From a virus: a stretch of DNA of 37,335 bases. The notes under the pieces are model-generated. The model searched no databases. It was not told where the DNA came from and saw only the letters and a list, made by a program, of their open reading frames with translations. Numbering within the stretch: position 1 is the stretch's first letter; the number at the start of each line of letters is the position of its first letter. The stretch is from UHGV virus genome UHGV-0209072; one strand, 5' to 3'. The translations under genes and the position numbers were made by a program. Shown in pieces: positions 1 through 9,424 of the stretch.

Positions 1-9
1 TTGATAATA

Positions 10-444
10 ATGGGTTTAGTACAAAGAATAAAATTGTTATCTGATGAAAAAAAGATGTCGTTTGCTGAGTTAGAACGAAAACTAGGTTTTGCCAATAGCT
101 CAATCAGAAAATGGGATGAACGGACTCCAGGTATCGATAAGATTCAAAAAGTAGCCGATTATTTCGATGTGTCGACAGACTATCTTCTAGGGCGTACCGA
201 AAAACGTCGTTATTATGATTTAACAGAGAAGGACGAACGTGATATACAAAAAGAATTAGAAAAAATTATTGAAGACATGGGTAATTCAGAAGCTATTGCT
301 TTCTCAAAAGACACAGAAGAACTATCTCCAGAAGCACGCGCTGCTATTATTTCTTCTATAGAGGAATCTTTACGTATTGGCAAAGCTCTTGCGAAGAAAA
401 AGTTCACTCCGAAAAAATATCGTGATGATTCCACGGTAGATTAG
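10..444 (+). CDS. XRE-family HTH repressor (CI/ImmR-like)
   Basis: N-terminal HTH_XRE signature IKLLSDEKKMSFAELERKLGFANSSIRKWDE. Followed immediately by an ImmA-type protease, a typical ImmR/ImmA pair. The ATG at 10 is 9 nt after GAAAGG at the window end; the ORF track starts at the TTG at position 1. Confidence 0.8.
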   Translation: MGLVQRIKLLSDEKKMSFAELERKLGFANSSIRKWDERTPGIDKIQKVADYFDVSTDYLLGRTEKRRYYDLTEKDERDIQKELEKIIEDMGNSEAIAFSKDTEELSPEARAAIISSIEESLRIGKALAKKKFTPKKYRDDSTVD

Positions 445-457
445 GAGGTGTCTTCTC

Positions 458-886
458 ATGCTTTTATCTGATGTACCCTATGCTATTGAAGAATTAAAAC
501 AGAAATATGGAACCAATGATCCGTTTGAAATAGCCGAGAAAAAAGGAATCATTATTCTCTATGGCTATTTTGGGAATGAAGTGTATGGGTTTTATAATAA
601 ATTCCGTAGACAAAAGTTTATTCATTTAGATGCTGAATTAGATGATAATGAACAAAATTTTGTCTGCGGCCATGAGTTATTTCATGCTGTCTTTCATCCA
701 GATGAAAACACGGCAAAAATGACAGCAAACAGTTTTTGCTCGACTTCAAAAATAGAAGCACAAGCAAATTGTGGTTCTACTTATCTTCGAATTGATGGCA
801 CCCATATGAATGAGTTGTATATTCCGACTAAACAAGACATACTAAACTTTTATGGTCTCCCTCCAGAAATGGAAAGGTACTTATAA
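458..886 (+). CDS. ImmA/IrrE-family zinc metalloprotease (anti-repressor protease)
   Basis: HExxH motif (CGHELFHAV). Its position directly downstream of the XRE repressor, with its own RBS (AGGAGG before the ATG at 458), is the canonical COG2856 arrangement. Confidence 0.75.
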   Translation: MLLSDVPYAIEELKQKYGTNDPFEIAEKKGIIILYGYFGNEVYGFYNKFRRQKFIHLDAELDDNEQNFVCGHELFHAVFHPDENTAKMTANSFCSTSKIEAQANCGSTYLRIDGTHMNELYIPTKQDILNFYGLPPEMERYL

Positions 887-932
887 TTTTTTGAATGTAG
901 ACGAACATGAGTTTTTGAAAGGGGTTTTATAC

Positions 933-2078
933 ATGGCAATGATAAAACAGTATCAAAAGAAAAACGGGGAGAAAGCATGGTATTTTAAGACGTACCTTGG
1001 AATTGATCCATTAACTGGAAAAAAGAGGTATACAACTAAGAGAGGTTTTCGAACGCAGAAAGAGGCAAAAATTGCCCTTGCGAGACTAGAAGTTCTAGCT
1101 ACAGATAAAGAGTTATTGAAAGAGACTAGTTATACTTTTGCGCAGGTAAAAGATATGTGGATGGAACAATACAAACCTACGGTAAGAGAAAGCACCTATT
1201 TACGTGTTAAGTTTTTATTTGATAAAAACATTTCAGTTTATTTCGGAAATAAAAAAATCCAAAGCTATAACATAGCTTACTGCCAAGAAACTATTAATAA
1301 ATGGAAAGAGCAATATTCTACCTACAAAGCTTTAAAGAGTTATACATCTGCAGTTTTTGATTATGCGAAAAAGATGAAGCTTATTAAAGATAATCCCATG
1401 AAAGAAGTGACTTTTTCAAAAGGTGATCGAAAACGTAAAAAAGATAAAATAAAGTACTTCGAAAAAGAAGAATTACAAAATTTTCTTAAATGCTGCCAAA
1501 AAGACAAATTTCCTTTAACTTATCCTTTATTCAGGATTCTAGCTTTTACTGGAATGCGAAAAGGAGAAGCTTTAGCTTTAACTTGGGATGATGTGGATTT
1601 TTTTAATAAAACGATTGAGATTAATAAAACAGTCGTAAGAAATTCAGATAATAAATTAGTCACCACGCCCCCTAAAACAGATACATCTAACCGAAAAATT
1701 TCACTGGATGATGAAACGCTTAATACTTTGAGGGATTGGCAAACTCAACAAAAAAGATATTTACTTATACATGGTCAACATGTTAAAACAAAGGAACAAA
1801 TAATTTTTTCTTCTAAAAATAATAACTACATCGATATAACCCGACCAAATACCGTTTTGTCTCGTATCTGTAAAGAATATGATTTTAACGACATTACAAT
1901 ACACGGATTTCGGCATACACATTGTAGTTTATTATTTGAAGCTGGCTTATCTGTTAAAGAAGTACAGGAAAGACTAGGACATTCAGATATTCACACAACA
2001 ATGAATATTTACACACATGTAACTAAAAAACAAAAAGAAAGGTCTGCCGATAAATTTGCAGCCTATTTAAATTTTTGA
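933..2078 (+). CDS. int: Tyrosine site-specific integrase
   Basis: N-terminal arm-binding-like domain (MAMIKQYQKKNGEKAWYFKTYLGID...). C-terminal catalytic residues R..HGFRHTH..Y (IYTHV). RBS AAAGGGG sits 8 nt before the ATG at 933; the ORF track starts upstream at 852 in an overlap with the previous gene. Confidence 0.9.
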   Translation: MAMIKQYQKKNGEKAWYFKTYLGIDPLTGKKRYTTKRGFRTQKEAKIALARLEVLATDKELLKETSYTFAQVKDMWMEQYKPTVRESTYLRVKFLFDKNISVYFGNKKIQSYNIAYCQETINKWKEQYSTYKALKSYTSAVFDYAKKMKLIKDNPMKEVTFSKGDRKRKKDKIKYFEKEELQNFLKCCQKDKFPLTYPLFRILAFTGMRKGEALALTWDDVDFFNKTIEINKTVVRNSDNKLVTTPPKTDTSNRKISLDDETLNTLRDWQTQQKRYLLIHGQHVKTKEQIIFSSKNNNYIDITRPNTVLSRICKEYDFNDITIHGFRHTHCSLLFEAGLSVKEVQERLGHSDIHTTMNIYTHVTKKQKERSADKFAAYLNF

Positions 2079-2105
2079 AAAGTATGGTCAAAAGTATGGT
2101 CAATA
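2079..2105. repeat. Tandem direct repeat AAAGTATGGTCA x2, putative integrase arm-type site (attP P-arm)
   Basis: aaagtatggtcaaaagtatggtca sits immediately after the int stop. The same 11-mer pair recurs at 2279-2303. Confidence 0.5.
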
Positions 2106-2278
2106 TAATTAAAAAAGACTAAAAACCTTTAGCATCAAGGTTTTCAGCCTATTAAAAATCGATATAATTATTTTACTGTTATGATTTTTGTACTTTTTGA
2201 CGAACTCTAATTCTTTCTAGACGCTTTAATACCGGTATTTCTTTAGTTTATTTTTTCTGACAAGTTCCACTTTTTCAT

Positions 2279-2303
2279 AAAAAGTATGGTCAAAGTATGG
2301 TCG
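2279..2303. repeat. Second tandem copy of AAGTATGGTC(A/G), putative arm-type site
   Basis: aaaagtatggtcaaagtatggtcg lies about 200 bp from the first pair and brackets an AT-rich segment. Confidence 0.5.
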
Positions 2304-2385
2304 TTTTATTAAAATAATACTTTTCTTTATAAAATCTTTATTAAGTGATAGAATTGACTTAAATTAATAAGCAGGAGTGTATGTT

Positions 2386-2757
2386 ATGGATTGGAAAGAA
2401 GTTGGAAAAAAAGCGTTAGATGTTAGTAAAAAGGCTACTGAGAAAAGTATTGATTCGTTCCAAGAATGGAAAAATGATCCAGAAAGAATCAAAAAAGCTG
2501 AAGAAAGAAAAAAAACAATCGATAAGAAACAAGATAAAAAAGCACCCATGTTTCATAACGGGGTTCACTGTCCTAAATGTCGTAGTATGAATGTAGAATT
2601 TATGCAAAATAACCGTAAAAGTTTTTCTGTAGGTAAAGCTGCAGGTGGTGCAATTTTAACAGGTGGCGTGGGTACATTGGCTGGATTCGCTGGAAAAAAA
2701 GGGAAAAATCAATGGCACTGCAAAAATTGTGGAAACACATTTACTTCAAAAAAATAG
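2386..2757 (+). CDS. Zn-ribbon protein with a Gly-zipper-like hydrophobic insert (moron)
   Basis: Two CxxC pairs (CPKC ... CKNC) flank GKAAGGAILTGGVGTLAGFAG, with an N-terminal Lys/Glu-rich helix. RBS AGGAG lies 8 nt before the ATG at 2386; the ORF track starts at 2377. Confidence 0.6.
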   Translation: MDWKEVGKKALDVSKKATEKSIDSFQEWKNDPERIKKAEERKKTIDKKQDKKAPMFHNGVHCPKCRSMNVEFMQNNRKSFSVGKAAGGAILTGGVGTLAGFAGKKGKNQWHCKNCGNTFTSKK

Positions 2758-2767
2758 GAGCACTGCA

Positions 2768-2920
2768 ATGGCTAAAATAAAACATAGAATAACAAAAAGA
2801 AAAGAGCAAATTAGATGCATTTTCCACGACAGAAAACCAATTCAAAAACGAATTGCACTGTGGATAGTACTTTCAATCTTAATATTAGATATAGTATTTC
2901 GTTTCGGCGTTTTCAAATAG
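2768..2920 (+). CDS. Small membrane peptide (about 50 aa), hypothetical
   Basis: Strong RBS TAGGAG 7 nt before the ATG at 2768. Basic N-terminus followed by a hydrophobic helix (IALWIVLSILILDIVF). Followed immediately by a terminator. The track ORF 2663..2920 has a longer, unsupported start. Confidence 0.4.
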   Translation: MAKIKHRITKRKEQIRCIFHDRKPIQKRIALWIVLSILILDIVFRFGVFK

Positions 2921-2931
2921 TTGTGTTTTTA

Positions 2932-2960
2932 ATCCAACCTAAAAAGGTTGGATTTTTTTA
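2932..2960 (+). terminator. Rho-independent terminator
   Basis: The hairpin AATCCAACC-taaaaa-GGTTGGATT is followed by TTTTTTT. Confidence 0.65.
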
Positions 2961-3034
2961 TGGACCATACAGGACTCGAACCTGTGACCGAACGGTTATG
3001 AGCCGTTTGCTCTAACCAACTGAGCTAATGGTCC
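2961..3034 (-). tRNA. tRNA with CAU anticodon (Met elongator or Ile2/lysidine type)
   Basis: The reverse complement folds into a perfect cloverleaf: acceptor GGACCAU/AUGGUCC, D-arm GCUC-AGUUGGUUA-GAGC, anticodon arm AACGG-CUCAUAA-CCGUU, T-arm ACAGG-UUCGAGU-CCUGU, discriminator A. CCA is not encoded. Confidence 0.9.
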
Positions 3035-3039
3035 TGAAA

Positions 3040-3068
3040 AGAGCCGCCTTGGGAACGGCGACTCGAGA
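3040..3068 (-). terminator. Probable terminator of the late/lysis operon
   Basis: On the - strand, the hairpin GAGTCGCC-gttcccaa-GGCGGCTC is followed by TTTTC. Confidence 0.45.
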
Positions 3069-3108
3069 GAAATTTAAATAAGTGTATCCTTATTTTATAT
3101 TAAAGCTA

Positions 3109-4410
3109 TTAATAATTCAATGTTTGACCAGGATAAATCAAGTTAGGGTTAGCTAATCCGTTTAATGCAGCCAAGGCTTGATAAGTAGTGCCGAGTTTGG
3201 CTGCAATGCTAGATAAATTATCCCCATATTGGACTGTGTAAACATTACTTGTTGCCGATCCATTTACCTTCAAAACTTGACCAGGATAAATAAGATTTGG
3301 ATTAGCCAATCCATTTAATGCCGCCAACGTTTGATAGTCTGTTCCGTATTGATAAGCAATACTTGATAATGTTTCGCCGTATTGTACCACATGAATCGCT
3401 TCTGGTTGTTTATCAGGGACGACTGTTGCGTCTGGCAATAGTTCAATATCACCTTTACTAATCCATGACAAGATACCTTCAAGCAATACTCTGCTTCCAG
3501 TTACTTCTTGCACTTTATAGCTGTTTCCTTTTACCCATTGTGGAATGGCTTCACCAGTTGCCCAAGCATCAACATTAAATTTCACTTTGACTGTATCGCC
3601 AACTTTAACATCGGAACTTGGCGTATTTTCTACTTCTTTACCTTCCTCAATAGCTGGTGTGTTTGTTGCTGGTTGGTTATTCTTTGTATAACCATTATCA
3701 GTAATACCTGTTAAATCTACGTTACCATCTAAACCACCTGCAATATAAGCGGATGTGAATTGCCAAATGCCAATACCATCCATGCTTGGGAAATAAGCAT
3801 ACAATGGATATGGTGACACACCATCGATAGGATACGCAGCAATCCATAAAGAGTTAGGAAACTCTTTGATGATTTGTTGATAGTTTACATGATTTAGTGT
3901 AAATGGCTTATAGCTGTAATACATTGGAGTATAGCCAGCCTGTTTGATTCTGCGCATACCGTACAAAATTGTCTCTGTATTTGCTGCTTTTTCGGCATCT
4001 GAACTTACATATCCTCCATATCCATCTGGAACACTAGCCAACGCTCCATGTTCAAAATCTAATGCAACGATGGAATTTTTAGGCGTTTGAATACGTGGCA
4101 AGAAATAATCCATCGTTGTTTTCGCAATGTCCATGTTTCCCCAAGTGTCATACCAAATATAGGTATGCGCACGTTTACCTTGGGCAATAGCACTTGCTAC
4201 TTGCGTTTTATATGTGTATTGTTCATAAATACCGCTAGCATTGTAGCCACCAATCTGGGCAATAGCGAATTTATCATGTGCATAGCCAAAACGACCTTGT
4301 TCGCCTTGATAAATCGCCCAGTCCACACCTTGGTCACCTTTTGCAGCAAATACATTTAAAGGCATAAAAAATAGAGCGACAAGCGCTCCAACTAAAATTT
4401 TCTTTTTCAT
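3109..4410 (-). CDS. Endolysin: Sec signal peptide + GH25 muramidase + SH3-like module + 2 LysM repeats
   Basis: N-terminus [22 protein letters not shown]|AKG looks like a cleavable signal peptide. A GH25-like motif GVDWAIYQG is present. Two C-terminal LysM repeats ([29 protein letters not shown]... and [28 protein letters not shown]...) are also present. Confidence 0.85.
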   Translation of the reverse strand: MKKKILVGALVALFFMPLNVFAAKGDQGVDWAIYQGEQGRFGYAHDKFAIAQIGGYNASGIYEQYTYKTQVASAIAQGKRAHTYIWYDTWGNMDIAKTTMDYFLPRIQTPKNSIVALDFEHGALASVPDGYGGYVSSDAEKAANTETILYGMRRIKQAGYTPMYYSYKPFTLNHVNYQQIIKEFPNSLWIAAYPIDGVSPYPLYAYFPSMDGIGIWQFTSAYIAGGLDGNVDLTGITDNGYTKNNQPATNTPAIEEGKEVENTPSSDVKVGDTVKVKFNVDAWATGEAIPQWVKGNSYKVQEVTGSRVLLEGILSWISKGDIELLPDATVVPDKQPEAIHVVQYGETLSSIAYQYGTDYQTLAALNGLANPNLIYPGQVLKVNGSATSNVYTVQYGDNLSSIAAKLGTTYQALAALNGLANPNLIYPGQTLNY

Positions 4411-4644
4411 TTATTTGTCTCCTTTTCTATCTGATAATCCAGGCGTTGTATGGTCTGTCACAATTCCTAAAATAGTTAATACAACAAACACTGCATTGAC
4501 AACATCTAACAGCTGCTGATTAATCACATCAATTTGAAATTTATACCCAAAAGGGACTGCAACTACTTGAACAAGTAGCAAAACTGCAGGAATAAGAGAC
4601 AACCAGAATTGTTTATTTTTTATTCTTGATTTCCAATCAATCAT
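4411..4644 (-). CDS. Holin
   Basis: Small protein with hydrophobic segments (LSLIPAVLLLVQVVAVPFGY; VVNAVFVVLTILGIV) and a charged C-terminus. RBS GGAGG precedes the ATG at 4644. The track ORF extends to 4713 and overlaps the upstream gene. Confidence 0.7.
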   Translation of the reverse strand: MIDWKSRIKNKQFWLSLIPAVLLLVQVVAVPFGYKFQIDVINQQLLDVVNAVFVVLTILGIVTDHTTPGLSDRKGDK

Positions 4645-4858
4645 TTTTATTTCCTCCAATTCCTCGAAAGAGGGTTTTATTTTGTTCTTCCAATCGACTA
4701 ATGCGCACTTCATGGTTATTTAATCGGTCAACAGCCTGTTTTAGTTCTTTCATGCTATCTTCTAATTGAGAGAAGACATGATAGAATTTCATTAATGCGA
4801 AGATAATTCCGCTTAAAAATGTAATCACCGCTAACCATTGTTCTAGTGTTAAGTTCAT
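4637..4858 (-). CDS. xhlA: XhlA-like haemolysin/holin-associated membrane protein
   Basis: 73 aa with an N-terminal TM segment (LAVITFLSGIIFALM) and a C-terminal coiled coil. Its position directly upstream of the holin and lysin matches PBSX/SPbeta-type lysis cassettes. Confidence 0.55.
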   Translation of the reverse strand: MNLTLEQWLAVITFLSGIIFALMKFYHVFSQLEDSMKELKQAVDRLNNHEVRISRLEEQNKTLFRGIGGNKND

Positions 4859-4937
4859 CCTGCACCTACTTTCTACTTACAATAAAACCGCTTAGCTTTC
4901 GCTAAACGGTTTATCTTTAGTTTATTCCATCATTATT

Positions 4938-6428
4938 TTATGTTTCCGGGAAAGCATCTGCAGTGTACCAACTACCACAAACATAATGATTCCCTTCTCT
5001 GTCACTACCAAACCTAATTCCCTTCACTCCTTCCTCATATAATGCTCCATAATTACCTTGAGGATAGGTATATTGCACAGTTGTTAATGCGGTATTCCAA
5101 TATCCTGCTCTCATTTCTTGATCAATCATAAATCCTTTAGGAATTTTAAAAATTTGGACCATGTTTGGATTTAATTTTTCTACATCCACCACATTAACTC
5201 GCAAATAAGCATCGACCTTATTTCCCTTACGAACTAAAAGAATATTGGTTTCTGCTCCAAAAGCACTTCTGTATGCAGCTTCTACTTCATCCAGTCCTGC
5301 TTTTTTGTAAATAAACGTTTCATCTTTTAAAGCAACTTCTTTTCCATTTACTAAAGGAATTTCAGAAAACTCTTTAATCCCACCTATACGCTGGGGTTCA
5401 GTTAAATTAACAACACTATCTGTAGTAGCCAAAACTTTGAACGGACTATTTTGAGAAGAATTAGGAGAAGTCGTTCTAAATGCAATTAAAGGTGTTGTTA
5501 ACGAATTTATTCTAATTTCTTGATACATAGCTCCCGCGGTGCCTGCAATGGCATGTTGATAAACATATAGAGCAGAATATTTAAATTCAGGTGGCAAATC
5601 TGCTTTGTCAGTCATTGTTCCCGCAACTGTAGCATCTAGATAATAAAAACCAGCATAACCTGATAATTCTTTAAATGAAGTTACTCCCTTTGGCAAAGGT
5701 AGACCTGAACCATCATCATTAGTTAACTTTTTATTTTGAATGTCAAGGTTTTCCGTTTTACTTAAAAATCTATTATCAGCTTCCTGTTTCGTATAGAAGT
5801 TTCCCTCTTTAAACTTTTCAAGTGCTGCATCAACTTCATCTGTTACTGACTTCCCAATGGCTGAAATGCGACCTTCTGCATCCACCAATATATCTGTTAT
5901 TTGTTTTTTTAGCGTATTTAAATCTACCTTGATCGCTTCAATACGTTTTTCAACATCATCATAATCAGTATTCATTTTATTTAGTGCAGCTTGATAAGCT
6001 TCATTTAAAGCTTTAACTAATTTGTTGTATTCAGTAATTATAGTTTTTGCTTCTTCTGCATCAATGTCAGCATTTCCATAAACCGTAATCTCAAAATCAT
6101 CAGTAGATTCTCTCTTGTCATTCTTCATGAAAGAAAAATATGCTAGTTCATATGAACCAGCTACAGCAAATGCCATATTGGGGAAAGTATAGGTAAATTC
6201 CCCGTTTTTTCCATTTGTGATCTCTATTCCATCAGAATCAAAAACTTTTGTTCTTTCTTCATGAGTTACGCCTTCAAAAGTAGCTACCCAGTCAGTCAAG
6301 TCAAAGGGAGCTCCATCTTTAAATATTTGAACCCTCATTGAAAAACTTTCTCCGTCTCCGACTCGACCATAAACAATTGGTCGCCCGATAGAATTTTTTG
6401 AAAGATCAAATCTTAATAAATCGCTCAT
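4938..6428 (-). CDS. Tail fibre / upper baseplate protein (BppU-like N-terminal domain), putative receptor-binding protein
   Basis: N-terminus MSDLLRFDLSKNSIGRPIVYGRVGDGESFSMRVQIF... resembles the BppU N-domain. A central coiled coil is present. It is the last tail gene before the lysis cassette. Confidence 0.55.
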   Translation of the reverse strand: MSDLLRFDLSKNSIGRPIVYGRVGDGESFSMRVQIFKDGAPFDLTDWVATFEGVTHEERTKVFDSDGIEITNGKNGEFTYTFPNMAFAVAGSYELAYFSFMKNDKRESTDDFEITVYGNADIDAEEAKTIITEYNKLVKALNEAYQAALNKMNTDYDDVEKRIEAIKVDLNTLKKQITDILVDAEGRISAIGKSVTDEVDAALEKFKEGNFYTKQEADNRFLSKTENLDIQNKKLTNDDGSGLPLPKGVTSFKELSGYAGFYYLDATVAGTMTDKADLPPEFKYSALYVYQHAIAGTAGAMYQEIRINSLTTPLIAFRTTSPNSSQNSPFKVLATTDSVVNLTEPQRIGGIKEFSEIPLVNGKEVALKDETFIYKKAGLDEVEAAYRSAFGAETNILLVRKGNKVDAYLRVNVVDVEKLNPNMVQIFKIPKGFMIDQEMRAGYWNTALTTVQYTYPQGNYGALYEEGVKGIRFGSDREGNHYVCGSWYTADAFPET

Positions 6429-8548
6429 GTTTCATAACCCTCCTCTTTTTGTTGTGTCAGTCTAACCTCTTCATAACCTTTTCGATACGCAACAAGGTTC
6501 CAACTAAATTCTATTAGCGCTGGGTCGCTTTTGACTACAAAATATTTTTCTTTAGTTTCTTCTACCCATATATTTCCTTTACTATAAGGAGTTAACATAA
6601 CATGATAATTTTCACTTTCAGTATTCACCGTTTCTAAAAAAATAGGTTCAATATCTATTTTTATTTCACCATCAGAATCTGTAATTGCTTTACCATAGTC
6701 AGCAAAATAATATTCTGGCGTTTCGTAGGCGTTTAACAGTCGATGACCGTATGACAGTGTATCCACAAGAGAGTTTTTGGAACCAGTAACACTAAGATTT
6801 CCTGTGAAGCTTGTAGAAGTAGCGGATATACTAATCCTTCCTCCAGATGATCCTAATACTTTAGTATCATTATTCCCTATACTAAAACCATTGCTACTCA
6901 CATTTAAACTAGGACTATTACTAGCTGTAGAAGAATAACCAAAGCTCCCAGGTGCAAAATTCAAACTATGACCATTACCAACAACATAAAAGTTATCTAA
7001 GTTTGCAGATCCTGACATATTATTTGTTGCGCCAAAAAATGTTAGAAATGCCTTATTAAGCTTTTTATTAAATATCGTAAAAGAACCTTCGTCTGAAACA
7101 TCTAATCTAACATTTCCTTCTTTTTGATTAATTAAAGTAGTGTAAAATTTAAATATTTCTTTTCCATCACTATTTCGCGTCCAAGTTATTGCCCCATTGT
7201 CCTCTTTTAAAGAAAAGTCTTTTCCGATGGATGTAATAACTGAACCTGAAATTGTTACACCTTCAATAGCTATCGCTTTTAAAATTCCAGTATTTATAGC
7301 AGAGGCGTTTATTCCGTTAGCAGTTATTGCATTCTCGAAGCTTTTCCCCCCATCCGTTGAAATTCCGATACCCGCAGAGTTTAATATAACTATTTTATTT
7401 GAGTCATTCTTATCAATGGCAAGAATACCTGTCTTGGCATATTTCACTTCCGTTTGTGAATTGATTAAATCGGAAGTTGCTTGCTGGATTGCTGCTGTTA
7501 ACCATTCATTTGGAATAGGCTTTATTCCGTTAGATATATCTGACCATGATTGAGCGTTACTAGCATCAGCTTGGTTCTTCTTATCAACTAAGTTTAGTGA
7601 ATTACATGTTATATTATTTTCAATTAAATCCCCAGTAACATTAAAATTCTCAGTTACTCCAACAATTCTTATTTTTTGTTGAAAACCTAACTGTTCATTA
7701 ACAGCCATAATGTAATCTCCTGGTTCAGGCAACCCATATTGATACCCGACTTTTCTCAAATCTTCTACGGTTAAATTAACAGAGATACTATAAGAAGATT
7801 CAACAATTTCCTTTAAATGTTCAAGAAAACTATCTTCTTTAGTATAGCGTTCGTCAACAATTGGGTCCGCCTCAAGCTTCCCATAAATTTCCGCTAATGG
7901 GCTGGTATATTCAACTATTAATCTTCCTTTAGTAACATCATTTGGGTCTTTGTACGCCCCAAATCCTTTCGCATACGTAACAAAATCACTTATATTGTGC
8001 TCTAACCCTAACTCTTGCATATTAAAACCTTTACGAACAATCGTTGATAAATCACTGCCTATCTTGTCAACGATGTAAAGGTTATTACCAATAATTTGAA
8101 ACTCAGTGTTAGTACTATTTATAAAGTCATTAAATAACGCTAATCTATTTTTCATTCCAAAATTTTCTTTTTCGAATGCTGGTATAGTAGCAGCTAGTGA
8201 ATAAGTAAAACCACTGTTTTTAAAAATAAAATCTAGATAAGCTTTTGCAGTATTTGAACCGTTTAAAGTATCATACACGCATGATTTACCCATTCTAAAG
8301 AAAAATTCATGTATGGCATCAAATTCAACAGTAATATTATTTCCATAATCAGTTGGCATGGCATAAGTTAAATAGTATTTTTCATTTTCAAATTCTACTT
8401 GCCAACCTCTGTCTATTCTGTGAAGGACATCATTATTAGTATATATAGTACCGCTAATTGATTTTTCACCATTTAGGCTTCTAACGAAAGATATATCTGC
8501 CAATGCAATAAAAGTATTTCCATCTGTATCTATGAATTGAACCATCAC
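6425..8548 (-). CDS. Tail-associated lysin / tail endopeptidase (Tal, gp37-like minor structural protein)
   Basis: 707 aa placed immediately after Dit. The N-terminal sequence (MMVQFIDTDGNTFIALADISF...) is typical of the siphophage prophage-tail-endopeptidase family. Confidence 0.7.
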   Translation of the reverse strand: MMVQFIDTDGNTFIALADISFVRSLNGEKSISGTIYTNNDVLHRIDRGWQVEFENEKYYLTYAMPTDYGNNITVEFDAIHEFFFRMGKSCVYDTLNGSNTAKAYLDFIFKNSGFTYSLAATIPAFEKENFGMKNRLALFNDFINSTNTEFQIIGNNLYIVDKIGSDLSTIVRKGFNMQELGLEHNISDFVTYAKGFGAYKDPNDVTKGRLIVEYTSPLAEIYGKLEADPIVDERYTKEDSFLEHLKEIVESSYSISVNLTVEDLRKVGYQYGLPEPGDYIMAVNEQLGFQQKIRIVGVTENFNVTGDLIENNITCNSLNLVDKKNQADASNAQSWSDISNGIKPIPNEWLTAAIQQATSDLINSQTEVKYAKTGILAIDKNDSNKIVILNSAGIGISTDGGKSFENAITANGINASAINTGILKAIAIEGVTISGSVITSIGKDFSLKEDNGAITWTRNSDGKEIFKFYTTLINQKEGNVRLDVSDEGSFTIFNKKLNKAFLTFFGATNNMSGSANLDNFYVVGNGHSLNFAPGSFGYSSTASNSPSLNVSSNGFSIGNNDTKVLGSSGGRISISATSTSFTGNLSVTGSKNSLVDTLSYGHRLLNAYETPEYYFADYGKAITDSDGEIKIDIEPIFLETVNTESENYHVMLTPYSKGNIWVEETKEKYFVVKSDPALIEFSWNLVAYRKGYEEVRLTQQKEEGYET

Positions 8549-8558
8549 TACTTACTCC

Positions 8559-9413
8559 TTATCTATATAAGTCAACTTTATTCAATATATTTATTTCTAC
8601 TTCACCAATGTTAAAAGATGTAGAAAACGGTATAAAACCAACCTCATTTGGCTTTAAAATAAAATATTCAATATTTGTCTGATCATTAATATTTAAACCA
8701 TTAAGAGTGAAAGATGTTCCTTCTAACAAAAATTTATCGCCGGATAAAATATTTCTTTTACCAACATACTTAAACTCTCGTTCATCAATAGATAATTTAA
8801 ATTCAGCCCCTAAATTTTTTTTTGCAATAATTTGCACTTTCCATGGCCATTCTAATTGACTGCAAGGAACAGTACCGCGATATTCAATCATTTTAGAATT
8901 TGTTATTTCTATATCATCAGGGATGGTAATTCCAAATGGTAAATCTACCGTCTTAAATGTTAGTGATACTTCGTATAGAAGGCCTACATCACTAAAGCCT
9001 TGAAAATCATAATTGATTTCTCCGTCTAATAACACTTTATATCTATAATGATATTGACGTTGCTTATCAACTCTCAACATATCGAAACCTTGCTTTTCTC
9101 CAGGTCGCTCATAACCATATAAGCTTTGATTAGTATACATTTTAGTTATATAAAATGGTTCTGTGTCTGCAAAAGTACCATTCAATTTATCTTTCATGTA
9201 CTCATCTTGAAGTTCATTTTCTACATAATAATAACCACTCACAGTGATTTTTTTCTCACTATGAGTGGCTCCCAAAAATAGACTTCGGTTAGTTCCGTCT
9301 ATTTTTTTAGTATTAATTTCAACAATAGAATTAGTGGAATTAATATCTATCACAAGGACACCTAGGGAGGACATCCTTGTAGATAAGTTTTCCTTTTCTA
9401 TTTTTAAGTCCAT
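8559..9413 (-). CDS. Distal tail protein (Dit, Sipho_tail family)
   Basis: 284 aa placed directly downstream of the TMP; conserved TMP-Dit-Tal order. Confidence 0.7.
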   Translation of the reverse strand: MDLKIEKENLSTRMSSLGVLVIDINSTNSIVEINTKKIDGTNRSLFLGATHSEKKITVSGYYYVENELQDEYMKDKLNGTFADTEPFYITKMYTNQSLYGYERPGEKQGFDMLRVDKQRQYHYRYKVLLDGEINYDFQGFSDVGLLYEVSLTFKTVDLPFGITIPDDIEITNSKMIEYRGTVPCSQLEWPWKVQIIAKKNLGAEFKLSIDEREFKYVGKRNILSGDKFLLEGTSFTLNGLNINDQTNIEYFILKPNEVGFIPFSTSFNIGEVEINILNKVDLYR

Positions 9414-9424
9414 AGTGTCCTCCT

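Noticed and set aside
213-434. 73-aa ORF antisense to the repressor gene
   Set aside because: It is entirely contained within the HTH repressor coding sequence on the opposite strand and has no RBS; a shadow ORF.
2364-2607. - strand ORFs 2364..2549 and 2416..2607
   Set aside because: Antisense to the well-supported Zn-ribbon gene; hydrophobic nonsense translations.
2079-3108. Interpreting the int-tRNA-lysin junction as a prophage/host boundary with host DNA in the window
   Set aside because: Gene order (int adjacent to lysin; repressor and cro at opposite window ends with the repressor RBS at the window terminus) fits a circular phage genome linearised between cro and the repressor. No obviously host-like genes are present.
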